Below the pieces are notes generated by a model that was not told where the DNA came from, did not search any database, and was given only the letters and a program-made list of their open reading frames with translations. Positions 50,227 through 63,100 of a stretch of DNA of 64,000 bases are shown here, piece by piece. The position numbers and the translations under genes were made by a program. The stretch lies in assembly GCA_038496445.1 (NCBI GenBank), contig JALMLS010000363.1, positions 1 through 64,000 of the forward strand, given 5' to 3'. Origin of the DNA: Trichosphaerium sp. ATCC 40318. Its lineage: Eukaryota; Protista; Tubulinea. The first letter of the stretch is position 1. Each line of letters starts with the position of its first letter.

Positions 50227-51534
50227 TCAGATTTGCTTTGATAGTACTGGGAAAATAGTGTCGGCAATGGCTTCATACCCTTTACAGAATCAAAGTAAGA
50301 TTTGGAACAAAGTTGGAAGAAAACTTACCGGCAGGGTTGAGATGTATTTTATCATTCCAGTACTTTTTACGATCAGAATCAGACATTGAAAAATACGGCA
50401 ATACTTTTGCAATGTCAATCACGTGTTCGCCAAAAGTTGATTGTATGGCGGTATTGACTTTACTCCTTGTATCTTCTAGTTTAGGATGTTGATCACTCTA
50501 ATAAGAAAAAAGTGAGAGTTATTTTTTTGGCAGAGCAAGTTAAGATTTTTTTTAAAGAAATTATTACACACCATCCCGTGCTCTATGATTGTCATTATTA
50601 ACGGCTTTATATTTTTTGATTTGGCTATTTCCATCATCTTTTTTAGATTATCAAATATCATACCAGGTGGCCATGATCCCAAATCATTAGTGCCTAGGGT
50701 ACGTTATAGGCAACTAAAAATAAAAAAAAAAGTAAGTACCTCCAAGAAGGAGCATGTGAGTGAATGTAAAACCAGGTGCTGTATTATTAAGAGTGTACTC
50801 TAATCTTTGAGCCATCTTCTTTGTACCCTCTCCTGGTTTCCCCATCTCAACAATCTAAAGCAAATCGTTACGCCATACAAGAGGTAAGTTGCCAAAAAAA
50901 AAAACAAGGGAACGCTTTTGAGACAGTTTGTTTTGAAAAAAATTGCTTTGACTGTCGGTACTTTTCCTCGGCACAGCACGAACGAATCGCGAAATGGTTT
51001 TTATGCCTATAAGTATAGAATACTAGCTACATGTTTAAAATAGTAATTGAAGTTTAAAGAAGGTTCTGAGGTGAGTAAAAACGTCTCAAAGATTCTTGAA
51101 AATATCAAAAATTTCGGAATTTCTGATACTGTCTCAAAGCTTAAACTGCTGACAACGCTCCAAAGTGGCCTCTTGAGATAACTCTTGAAGTGTATTTCGT
51201 AGTAGACAACAAAGGACTAGTTTTAGAGCTGTTTTGTTCTCACAGTTTTTTTTTTTCGGTTTACGTAGGCGCAAACGCCAGACACATGATTAATTGAGCG
51301 TACTTGTACGGTTATTTCGGTTTGTTCGTCAAATAACTGTTGAAGTCTTTTGGAGTACGGATAAGCGCGTCTTCCATTATTGTACCAACCATACTAAGCT
51401 ACTAAGATACTGTATGGGCATAAATAAACAAACTTACTGTTAAACTATCTCCAAATGCCAGAATTCTGACCTTTAAGCAGTATGAGACATAACAAAAAAT
51501 CTAAAATACAAACCTGGGCAAGAGGTTTGCTCAT
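50227..51534 (-). CDS. SGNH/GDSL hydrolase
   Basis: Blocks 'RILAFGDSLTYG', 'GKPGE', 'LLGGTNDL', 'DKIHLNPAGYEAIA'. Confidence 0.9.
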
Positions 51535-52088
51535 TCGATACAACTATTTTATACAGCTTTCACTTAAACTGTTTTGGTGCAGTTGTTAGAATGTTTTCAC
51601 TTTAACTTTGAGTGACGCTACATCACTTAGAGCTATTGGTGTAAACTGTTCAAATCTTTGAGCTAGTACGGTATGCAGTGCTTCAATCAATGAGAACAAG
51701 TCCCACTTGTGGCTATTAAATGAATGCAATGTAAGAAACTAAACTAAGGTAACGTGTTAAGTACAGAGCGTTACACGTACCTACGATACAATATGATATT
51801 ACAACGAAGCACACAAGTTTTTTCAGCTTCGTCTCACAACACATTGTTTGCTTAACCGAACGTGTGAACTACCAAGGCAGGTCATGTAGTCATCTATGTA
51901 CCTTTACACAACACGTGCTTTATCAGGCTTTTATTTTGTAGATAAATTAGATTTGTGGCCAATACGAACTAGTTTCCGCCTTGTATTTTAAATAAAGAGC
52001 TTGGAAACACTTTATTCTTTAATTGAATTTTCTTCCAAAACAGTATTCATGAAAACATGTGATACATTATCGTTAAACAACATTCCCA

Positions 52089-53402
52089 ATGGCAACAAAT
52101 AAGAAGGTAGTTGTAATGTTGTTCTATGTGCTTCTAACTTGAACGCAGGAAGATATCGAAACTTTGGAGCGGTGCCTATTGCTAGAGCTTCCAGTTGAGC
52201 TTCAACTCGATATAACAGATCTAAGCTCAGAGTTGTACATAAAATGGCCTTTGTTATCAAAACAAGCAGCTATGGCTTCCAGGTTCGATTACGCCTTAAC
52301 AAAGCATGGTAAGTGGAAGAATACTACAACCGAAGAATGTTGGAGTCATGGTTTACGTCATGGAGAACACGTGTACCGAGAAAAGTCAGGGATCATTACC
52401 AAGAAGTGCTATTACTTAAGAGGTAAGAAAGAAGGAGAGTTTAAGGAGTGGTCATGTGAAGGCGTATTAATCAAGCATTGCTTTTTTGTGAAAGGGAAAA
52501 GACATGGGCAATACAAGCAATGGTGGGGCACGGACGGTAAACATCTAAGATTATCATGCACTTACCACAATGGAAAGAAGAATGGTGATTACGTCACGTG
52601 GCATTACCTCGGGCAAATAGAAATCCAAGCGTATTACGTAAAAGGGAAAGAAGAAGGGGATTACAAAGAGTTCGACAGTGGACTTTATTATGTAGATAGA
52701 GAAGACAACGGGGAGGAACACAAGGCGTTCAAAAACCGTCGAAATTTGATAAAACATTGTAAGTACATAAATGGTTTATTAGAGGGTGAATACAAAGAAT
52801 GGTGGCGTCCTTTCTGTTTGAAAGTATCATGCAGCTATACCAAAGGCAAAAAAGAAGGAGTGTATAGGGAGTGGCATTCGAACGGTCAACTAGCCGAACA
52901 AGGGTTTTTTATTGATGGAAAAGAACAAGGTGAGTACACTAAGTGGAAATGGAATGGTGGCTTGCGAGCACGATGCAAGTACATAAACGGCTTGAAAGAA
53001 GGAGCATGTAGATCATGGCATGAATATTATGGGGACGCCATTCAATTATCAGAGTATTGTGTTTTTGTAAATGGAAAGGAAGAAGGAGAATACAATGAAT
53101 GGTATAAAGATGGATCACTAAAAACAAAAGTTCTATATATCAATGGAAAGAAGGAAGGCAAGTACAAAGAATGGTATTACAACGGTAGAAATCATATCAT
53201 GTGTAAGTATGTGAATGGGAAGAAAGAAGGGAAGTACATGAAATGGTATGAAAATGGAAAAGTAAGTGAGGAATGTAACTACATTGATGGAGAAAGGGAT
53301 GGCATTTTCATTACACGTAATAACATAGGATGCATACAAGTATGGTGTCACTATACTAGAGGTAAAACAAACGGAAAGCATTCGAGAAGAAGATCCCTTT
53401 AA
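52089..53402 (+). CDS. F-box-like plus MORN-variant (YwqK-like) repeat protein, one 5' intron
   Basis: Exon 1 MATNKK, intron 52107-52148 with CTAAC branch, then 'LLELPVELQLDI' and repeated 'Y.NGKKEG.YKEWY.NG' units. Confidence 0.85.
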
Positions 53403-54075
53403 GTTGTGATTACAAGTACTAGTCTTTGTGATAAGCACGTGGTTTTGTAAGTGATCTCAGGAACATAGATCACCATTTACAAAGTATGCAATAAAACGTT
53501 ACGTATTTTTCGAAAACGGTTTTTTTGCGATTTCTTGTGAGTAGATAGAGATGTTGTGGTGAAACGTGTATGGAGAAATTTTGAAAAACTTAACCCATGT
53601 TAGCAACAACGTAAATCACAAAAAAAACTAGCTGAATTGCAGAAAAATGCAATAAAACAAACCTTACCAAAATTGCACGTTTTTTCAAGCAAGGTGAAAA
53701 GACGGAAGGTGTGAAAGGGGTAGTGTAGATTGTAGTAGGTGAAGCTCTGCAGAGTAACAATGGAGTAGACGGGTTGGAAGGGATCACAAGGAACGTGGTT
53801 GGTTAGTTCGGAATATATGGGGAGATGGAGCATGGCGCTGGGATAGTGTAGAGGGAGATTCAGGTTTTTACACCAGCCAGTTTTTACTGAATTGGGAGGT
53901 TTTCTACTACTTTTCCTCCAACACTTTCTATTTTTTTTTACCTTGCATGTTATTGTCAAGGCTCTTGTAGCCATGCCACGTGTTTGGTGACGCTTTTAAG
54001 TGACCTTATACGCAAGTCAACGCCAGACAATAAACAAACAATAGCTATTCCCTCAAACTAGCAACACAACAAAAA

Positions 54076-55192
54076 ATGCGTATTGCGACAACCTGTTTAC
54101 TCCTTCTATCGCTGGCGTTAGCTACCTTGGCCGCCGATGAAATTTCTATTGCTGTACGTCCTTCTTAGTACCTACGTGGAACAAATGAATGTATTCGCAT
54201 TCACCGCTTGTATGTCGACTACAACTCAACAGTTTCCACTCTGTATGGCGTTTACACGCGTAGGAGAGGTGAAGGCGGGTATTAGTTTGTGTTTTGAAGC
54301 TTATTTAAGCTAGAGGCTGTGAAGCCTAATTCTACGAGTTTTCTTGCAAATGAGTACCTTTTTTGTTGCACTGGCCTTTGTTTTCAGTGAAAAACTACTT
54401 TAAAACAGTATCATGTGACTCATTTCCGTTACACAGCTGTTGGTTTTTTTGCAATGTTAGAGTCTAATTTGTTTATAGGTATACGAAGGACCGTCTTGTA
54501 ACGGTACACCGTTTAAAAACGTGACACGTTCTTACAACAAGTGCTATGGTAAAACAAACAGTTTTCCTGCTATTACCGACCAAGATATACGGTATGTTGA
54601 TTGCGTGTCAGACTATACCAATCAAGTACGATCTAGTAATCTATAAATCACTAAGTAGTATTTAGTTAGTCTTCCGTACATTCTCTAGCACTCCAACAAA
54701 CTGTGAGGACCTTACAGATGTACAGTTCGTCCCTACAGGATATTGTGAGACAAATGGATATTTTTCGTACTCTGTAACATGCAAGCCTAACCCTGTATGT
54801 TTTGTTTATTTTAGTTGATGTTGGTATATCATTCTTATCTTTTCTTCAAGTCACAACCACCTCCATTGAATATGACAATACTCAATTACCTCAACTCAGA
54901 CTGCTCTGGTAACCCTGCAATCACAAAGAATTACAGTACTGATCAATGTTACTCGGAAGCACCAGGAACGTCGTTTACTGTATTGTTCGAACAAGTATGT
55001 ACAAAATCAATATTGATTTGATATGGAATGTTACTCACTTCTTTCCAAAACTAGGGCACTATTGTCAAAAGAATGTATGAAAATAGCAAATGTCAAGGAC
55101 ACGGCCTCAGAGAGTATTTTTCAAAAACTGGTGTATGTACCAAAAGCTCTGGCATTGGTTTATCTAGTGAATCATACGTTAAAGAGCAATAA
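54076..55192 (+). CDS. Secreted Cys-rich repeat protein, multi-exon
   Basis: Signal peptide 'MRIATTCLLLLSLALATLAA'; repeated 'Y...SC.G.P.......C' units (YEGPSCNGTP, YLNSDCSGNP, YENSKCQGHG); several N-x-S/T sequons. Confidence 0.7.
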
Positions 55193-55694
55193 ATGATCAT
55201 TATTTACCAGTAGATTGTTGGTATGTTTACTCACAATTTGAAGCACCGAATGCAATGCCACGTGCACACACATTTGTTTTGGTACTGAGACCATTTAAGC
55301 TTCTATGTTATGATCTCAACTAGAGCAGTATTAGAAATGAAGTCAGTGAAAAAAGTGTGCTTAGCGTTTCTCATGGGTTGACAAAAAAAATCAAAAGAAC
55401 ATACGTCATTCATCTCGTGGCAGCGTTTTGACGTCAGCGAAAAAAAAAAAAAAAGAAGCACGTTTACAGGAACGTTTGGTTCAGCAAATATTGCACCATT
55501 TGTTTACATTATATCAAATACTCTATATACCTTTAATAGACGTACTATAATATCATGCTAGCTCCAGAAACCTCAGAATCGATGTCACAATAAGATATTT
55601 CGTAGAAGATTTTGCAGGCGGAAAATTCGCATTATTTTACATTTTCACTTAGTTGTCAACACCCCAGCAGCGTTATAGTCACGTCCAAACAGTC

Positions 55695-56603
55695 ATGGTA
55701 GAAGGTCCTACATTAAAGAGATATAAAATAGCAACTAGAGACGTATGTCAAGGAAAGAAAGTAAAAGCGGTAGCAGGAAACACGAAACAAATAGATAAAT
55801 CGACTCTTGTCGATAAAACGATCAAAAAAGTTTGGAGTTACGGTAAAACCTTATTCTTGGACTTCGGGAACGGCTTATTACGCGTCCACTTCATGATGCA
55901 TGGCTCAGTAAGGTTCGGAAGGGCTGATCCTAGAACTATTAGACTTTCTCTACAAATTGAGGGTTCGTCATCACGTGTTCTATTCTGTAACTGCTCACTC
56001 CAGTGGTGGTCGGAGGACGACCCAAAGTTGAAAACTATTGACAAACGCTTTGATATTTGCTCTACTCATTTTGATAAATCGCACGTGATCGACACGTGTA
56101 AGGATTCTGATTCTATGGTATGCGATGTTTTGATGGATCAGACAAAGTTTGGTGGTGTTGGAAACATCATAAAGAACGAAGCTTTGTTTCGTGCTAAAGT
56201 ACACCCAGAAACGAAGTTTTGCGATTTGGACAAAGAGAAGATGAATCAACTTGTTGATTGTACACGTCAGTTTTCAATGATAATGTATGGTACCAAGGTT
56301 AGAGGCGTTAAGCTACGCCCTTATTGGATGGCTTACAAGTTTTTCAAATGCCGTGAGTGCGGAGGAAAGCTCTCAAGGAGGAATACAGGTGAATACAAAA
56401 GATGGTCTTGTTTTTGCGAAAAGTGCCAGGACATATCCGGATGCACTGTACCCGGAAAAGTATATCAGAGTGGAATACGACATGCCCAGCAATGGAAAGA
56501 ATGGTGTGATTGGCAAGAAAATAATTCGAACAAGAGAAAACACAGTGGCACGTCAAACAACGAAGAGGCAAAAAAAAGAAAAGTATCAAAGAACTTAACC
56601 TAA
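55695..56603 (+). CDS. Fpg/Nei DNA glycosylase, NEIL3/Nei2-like (Val2 nucleophile), intronless
   Basis: 'MVEGP' N-terminus, 'GKTLFLDF', 'RVHFMMHGS', H2TH 'LMDQTKFGGVGNIIKNEALF', zinc finger 'CREC...FCEKCQ', basic NLS-like tail. The ORF track's TTG start at 55653 is unlikely. Confidence 0.9.
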   Translation: MVEGPTLKRYKIATRDVCQGKKVKAVAGNTKQIDKSTLVDKTIKKVWSYGKTLFLDFGNGLLRVHFMMHGSVRFGRADPRTIRLSLQIEGSSSRVLFCNCSLQWWSEDDPKLKTIDKRFDICSTHFDKSHVIDTCKDSDSMVCDVLMDQTKFGGVGNIIKNEALFRAKVHPETKFCDLDKEKMNQLVDCTRQFSMIMYGTKVRGVKLRPYWMAYKFFKCRECGGKLSRRNTGEYKRWSCFCEKCQDISGCTVPGKVYQSGIRHAQQWKEWCDWQENNSNKRKHSGTSNNEEAKKRKVSKNLT

Positions 56604-56785
56604 AAATAACACCCTTTGTAACCTACCTGTATCACTTTCTTTGTACAAGCGCAATTAAATAGATGATTTATTTTAATACAACCAGTTGATATTTAGAGAA
56701 GTATCAAGTAGGTTAAAACTGTACAGTGGAAAGTAATCTGTTAAGTTACAAGTTACTTGTTCAACCAACAAAAGGGTGATCAAGT

Positions 56786-59601
56786 TTAGTCTTTACCAAC
56801 TGGTATGAACCGTAAAGATAGGTATGCTAATACCCTATACAGTACTAACATACCTAAAAGAACAACAGCATCTATCCAAATAGGATGTCCATCGAAGTTC
56901 AAGGTCTCTAATGCTTCCAGCCCAGTACTTGCTCCAATACAAGGCAAAAAACATGTGTCTGTTCCATTTCCCATTGAAGGCGACATTGTGCTATTGATTG
57001 GTAGCGTACAAATATCAGGGCAAGGTTCTAGCGGACATTCAAAAGTTAAGCCAGTATAGTCATTAACTATTAGCGCTCTGAATACATACTTATAAGGAGA
57101 TATCCACTCAAGTGGCCTACAATAAATTAGATGAATTGAATTTTCTAAAAAAGAAATTGCTGAATGATTAAGGCGTACTTAAAGAATACAGGGACATTGC
57201 CAGTGTTTAGGAAGAATCCACCAAATGACATAAATAGTAAGAATACAAGACTGACCCATAATGTCGCTATAGCAGGTTGAACAGAGAAAGAGCCAACAAG
57301 AAGTGATGCCTAAAAAAGTTGTCACGAAAAAAAATGCTACTATTTTGAAAGGTTTACCGATTGAACAACAAGAAGACCGAGAAGCATCAAGCCCGTGAAG
57401 ATAAGAAACTTAGTAAATGATCCATTTAAGCCAATCTAAGAAGTCATAAATGAATGAGCTGCGAGAATAATGAAGGGTACCAGCCAGTATGTTATCGAAG
57501 CGTCCAATGCAATGTAGAAAAGTTGGAAAGGCAAGTCTGCAAGTGTTGCTGCAAGGTAGTACGGTAAGACCCTATACATACCACTTGATCTCTCCCTATT
57601 AAAAATAGGACGTTCTTCTGGAACTACAGAAACAAACAATTAATAAACAAAACAAGAAAGGGTAAAAACTTTTTTAAAAAACGCACAAACAAATGCAGCT
57701 GTGAAGGCGGGAACTGATGTGACTGTCAACAACACATAGAAAATACCAGCTCCTCTATCAATGATAGTACTTTGGTCCTTATCCAACCGTAGGTACATCA
57801 ATCCGATAAAAACTGAAAAGAAAATATGTTGTGAAAGCTGTGACCATAGGATAGTTGGATTTCTCAAGTTGTTTCTCCATTGCCTTTTTAAACCTTGTTA
57901 GCAAATTGGTGACCGTGTTTTTAATGAATACGTACTTCATAAATAAGAACTTAAATTGGGTAGTTGTTGACGCTTCGTCTTTGACAGCACTCTTCTTATC
58001 AAGTGGTGGAGGTAATGGTTTTATTGCTTTCAATGCTTTTTTGCACTCTTTCGATTTGTGACATTTTTCAGAGACTGAGACAGATTAGATTATAGAATCA
58101 CGTGATAATAATAAAATATATAGCGTACTCTGTGATAACGTTTTTGCGTTGCTGTCACTTGCAGCGGAAGGCAACGATCCAGCAACCAAATCAACTATGA
58201 TTAATTCATTAATGAATTTCTTTCTTTTCATGATTTAGTCGTACTTATATAATCAGCAACATTAGAGTACTGTGGGCATTGATGTCCCATACGTGTGAAA
58301 AATGGTATGACTTTATCGACTTTACCATAGTACATCATATCTCCTAAACGAAAAAATAAGAATTGAGAAAACGAAAAGCAAAAATCACGTACCATTATGA
58401 AGTAACAAGAGTTTGTCAAATAGTTCGAATAAATGCTGTCTTGGTTGATGTATTGTACAAATAACTGTTCTACCAGAATCTGCAAGTCTACGAAGTAGCT
58501 TACCAATCTCAAAACTTAAAACAAGCCGTTAAAACAAGAACAACAGTAAAGTGAACAGTCAATCAACATACGCTGTTGAACTATCAAGACCAGAAGTTGG
58601 CTCGTCAAGAACAAACACGCTTGGTGTTGTAATCAGCTCACTACCAATAGCAGCACGCTTACGTTCACCTATACAAAGTAATTAGATACTTCAGCTAAAA
58701 CACAAAGACCAAGGTACCTCCAGAAACACCTCGAATGAACTCGGACCCAATATATGTATTTGCACATTTTTCAATATTCAATTCATTGATTATCAGGTCA
58801 ACCTAATGACACAGAATATAAGAATCACGTGTTTCACACGTGTGAAAATAGCTACGTTACCCTATCTTTCTTTTCATAGTCAGACATACTCCTCGGTAGC
58901 TGCAAGAAAGCAGCATAAGTCAAAGTCTCTTTTACAGTGGCTGTAGCGAGCAATAAGTCATCTTGCTTCACATATCCATAGACTCTTTTAAAAACCTTGC
59001 TGGCTTTCGCAAGTGGTACACCATTGATCAAAATTTCGCCTAGAAGATAAATTATATACCAGGTCACGTGTTTCGGGCTGTTACTGAAATGACTTACCCT
59101 TTGTTGTTCCGTTGTGTGCTCTACCTGTCATAACGTCTAAAAAAGTCGATTTCCCTGATCCTTCGTATTGTTAGTGTTGCAACCAAATGTGTAAGTTATG
59201 AAAGCTCTATTTTGTTGTACCAGATGGTCCCATAACTGCAATGAGTTCTCCAGGGTTGAAAGTGCATGATACATCGTTTAAAATGACTTTATCGCCGACT
59301 ACTGGTTTAATACCCCATTTTTTTATTACTTTGTCTAAAAACGGCGTCAGCGAGCTATATTAACGCGTCTGGTGTACCATCTTTATCGCGTAAAGGCGCC
59401 TTAACGCTATAATCCAAATGTTTAACTTGTATACATACTGGATTGCGTGGTGGGTCTATATCTGTCCTTACTGGATCCATTTCATCTATTTTCTTCATCG
59501 GAACGATTACATTTTCACTATCATCCTTGATAGACTTCAAATTAGCTTGATTAGAACAATATGATCATATATATGTATTTGTGTACGTGTATTGTTGCCA
59601 T
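56786..59601 (-). CDS. ABCG (White-family) half transporter
   Basis: Walker A '[15 protein letters not shown]', 'GYVKQDDLL', 'GVSGGERKRA', '[12 protein letters not shown]', 'TIHQPR'; TMD '[14 protein letters not shown]'. Confidence 0.93.
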
Positions 59602-59948
59602 GATGAAGGTCAAGGTGAAATTCAGGTTACTTTCAGGTGAGCAATCGCAAATCGGCCGATGTCGTATTTTTATATTGCCCGAAGAAAATTCGCTCATTTT
59701 TGACGTTGCAACTTACAAGAAGTTCTCATATTAGTAAGTCACCTTCCACAGAAGATATTGTGGTCATAATAGTAGCCCACCAAGCTAGTATAAACTTGCT
59801 AAGAAATATTTTGACAGTTTCATTGAAATCGAGCAGCTTGACTTGTAGTCATTCGTACTCATTCTATTGAGTATCAGGTAGATAGACACAAGAGTAGGAG
59901 TAGTTATGCATATCAGGCGGTTATTATGTAAGAAGAAATAAGAGCAAA

Positions 59949-60020
59949 GGTCGTACGGCTCAGCTGGTATGAGCTCAATGCTACTAAACCGGGGATCTAG
60001 GGTTCGTGCGTTGTATAATA
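59949..60020 (+). pseudogene. Degenerate tRNA-Ile copy (tRNA pseudogene or tRNA-derived element)
   Basis: 46 of the first 58 nt match the intact tRNA-Ile at 63353-63426. Acceptor, anticodon and T stems are disrupted; no CCA-like end. Confidence 0.7.
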
Positions 60021-60129
60021 ATGCATTTCTTTTAGACTTTGTTTACTTCAGCGGTCAATAAGCGGCAATTGAATACGAGTGCTCTAGCGATTTCTTTATT
60101 TTTTGGTTTTACACGTGCTTGTTTTTTTA

Positions 60130-63100
60130 TTACGATTTGAGCTCTATTCGGGAGATAAGAGCTTGACCTATAATACGCCATTCATGTAGTATATCAAATA
60201 CATTAGGAATACATCCTATTTTGTTACTTCTTGAGTACTAGAAATAGTATTAGAGTTTGTTGCATCAAACATCCTTTGGTACCTCAACTGGAGCTATATT
60301 TCGAAGGAGAAGAGTTGGTTTTCGTAGCATAAAGGCATCTTTACTCCATTTTACAAATATCCTAGAGCCACCAGCTTCATCATAATAAAAGTTTGCAAAG
60401 TTGCCATATTTTGTTCGTAATACACTTAGGAGTTCTTGAACAGGGTCAAAGTCAACAAGAAGCCCATGTTGAAGATTAGGAGGTGGTTTATCCACTTTAA
60501 CTTCGATATCTTTACCCTAGAGAGATATTAGATTGGTTGTCTATTGACTTGTCTACGCGGGTAGACAAGAAACTTAAGGAAAAGAAAACTTAAGCTATTG
60601 TCACCGAAATAAAGTTGATAAAAAAGAACTTACAATCTCGCATGGAATCAAAGACTCGTAGTGTGTATTTGATTTTTGAAAATCCTTGTAGTAGTTCTTA
60701 CGTAAGTTTAAGAACGTTGTAGGAACATAATTTTCTTTTAACATGATATGGCAATCATAAACTATACAAAACTTTTTAGGGATGAAGATAAAGTACAATT
60801 CTGTTAAGTTACCTTCAGGATCCATTGGCTGGAATACTTTCAACCAATCTTCATCTCCGCTATGCATCATGTTCTTTATTACTCCAATAGCATTATTAGC
60901 GCAACGCAGAAGCTTTTTAAATAACTAAATTCGTTAGTCAAAAATTCAGTTTAAATCACGTTTCACTTACATCTTCTGTAATGTCCTTTGTCCAGAAAAC
61001 GCCTGTAGGATCATCTTTGTAAATAATATATGCAACAACATCCTGCCTCTCAATCCGTTTCCGCTAAACAACGTTAATCACATAAATAAGCTTGTAAAGA
61101 GCTTCTGCTTACTTGTAGTATGCTCATCTCTTCGCCAGTTGTGCCATCTTGAAAATCAACTATAAGAGGCATTGTCTCCCATCCAAATGATACAAGGAAC
61201 CGTAAGTACCTGTGAGCGTAAACTTTTAGTATACTTCAGACTACAACGCTTATTACCTCAAGAAGCCATTCAAAGGTGATTTGGGTTCAACAAAAGGATA
61301 TGGATGTGTATACATGTGGGCGAGCACTAAATCTACAAATTCGTATGGAACAGCATTTGGTGACAACATTTGGCTTGACATCCATCTTCTGCATAATCTA
61401 GATACCTCTGCAAATGATACATGCTGCCTAAACATCACATTAATCCAAGAGTACACCAAAGAAGCAAAAAAAAAACCCAACGTACTGTGCAAAGACCAAT
61501 ACAAGTGATGATAAATGAGGAACTTTTGAAGCTAATCTTTCATGCTTTGATAAATCCTCTTTTGTGATTGTTAAAACTTCCTCATCTGAACGAGTTAGAG
61601 AAAGAAAGGCAACATAAACAAGGGATCAAAAAAAAAGAGCACATACCAATAAGTTTTTGAGTTATTTGCTCATCTTCAGTGGACCACAACGCTATGAATT
61701 CCGTAAGTTTAAACTTCCAAAAATGGTTTTTGCAGCGTACCAACTTTCCAAGAATAGCCCTTAAAAAATATGTACATGAACTTGTCGTGGACGCGAGACC
61801 GTATTTGAAACTTTCTAAACAGCCTATACATTTCACTGTTAGTAAATAGAGTACTCATAAAAACAACTGATGTAAACGTACTCTGTACTAATTCGGATAG
61901 CGAAAGCTAACTTAACATTATCCAAAGCTTCTTTTTCTTTCGGCCAGTTGTGAGACGTTTGTAGCTATAAAATGTCATTATTATGTCCTTGAGTATACCA
62001 ACAGAGTTTGTAAACATTATACGTACCCTTAGACGACCAGGTATTGATTGAACATAGAGTGGAAACTTACCAACATCACGATGTTTCTCGTATGTTTTAG
62101 AGTTGTAATTATACGATTTTAATCTAGGATGTGGAGGTGGTACATAAGGACTGCATCCTGTCCAAATACCTCCATAGAATAGAACCTCTGTTATAGGTAG
62201 AGGAAGATCTAGTCTCTTTAGAAGCTCACTAAGAGTTGAACCATGAGTTCTTATACTGCTTGCGAAGTCCGTTTTGTTCTTTGTCAAAAGTGACTTTAAA
62301 GAGACACCCCATTGCCTGTAATTACATCAACGATTCGCTCGTAAGTGTATAATCTACTTACTCTACGTGTTTATGTGGTGTGCCAAAGTGATGAGAGAGC
62401 AGATATCGTGCAATTGCCTCAACTGTGTTTGTCGTTTTTAACTCCTCTAAAACAGGTGCCCAAACTAAATCGAACATGTTAACCAAAGAATATCGGCAAG
62501 ATTCCAACTTAAACAATTGTAACGTACCAATTGCATAAACTGTGCTAGCATCATTAAATCGACGGATTTGTGGTAACTTTTTGCCCCATAATTGTAAGTA
62601 CTCTGCCGAGGCTTGCTTATCTCTTGGTTCAGGTCCTTTATCGACAGGTGCAAAACATGTTGGCGCTAATCGCATGCCAACGACAAGACAAGCTGGCTTC
62701 TGAGATACAACGTAATGAAGAGATGAAACCCTATCTTTCCAACCACGCCTTAGAAGCGATATAATTGAAGCTACATTGTAATGACGATTACCATCCAAGC
62801 TTATCCTAAAGTGGAAATTAGTACAAAACCAAAAAAATAATTGAGGTACCTAAGATAATAGTCATAATCGTAGTAGAACCCAGTCTTTGTAAGAAAAACA
62901 CGTTCGAAAAAGTTGTTCTTATAGTTTTGCATATACACAAGTGTTCTAGCGGCTTCTGTGACTGCCTAAAAGCAAAAAAAATGAGAAAACTAATCAAAAT
63001 AATAAAGAAAAATTAAAAAATATGAATGAACAGATGCGTAACACAAGAGGACATCAACAACTGAGACAAAAAACCAACAACACGATGTGTTAAATGTTAG

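Noticed and set aside
50914-51140. Short inverted repeat (GCTTTTGAGACAGT / ACTGTCTCAAAGC) in the long SGNH intron, possible MITE
   Set aside because: Only about 13 bp and imperfect; I saw no target-site duplication or second copy in the window.
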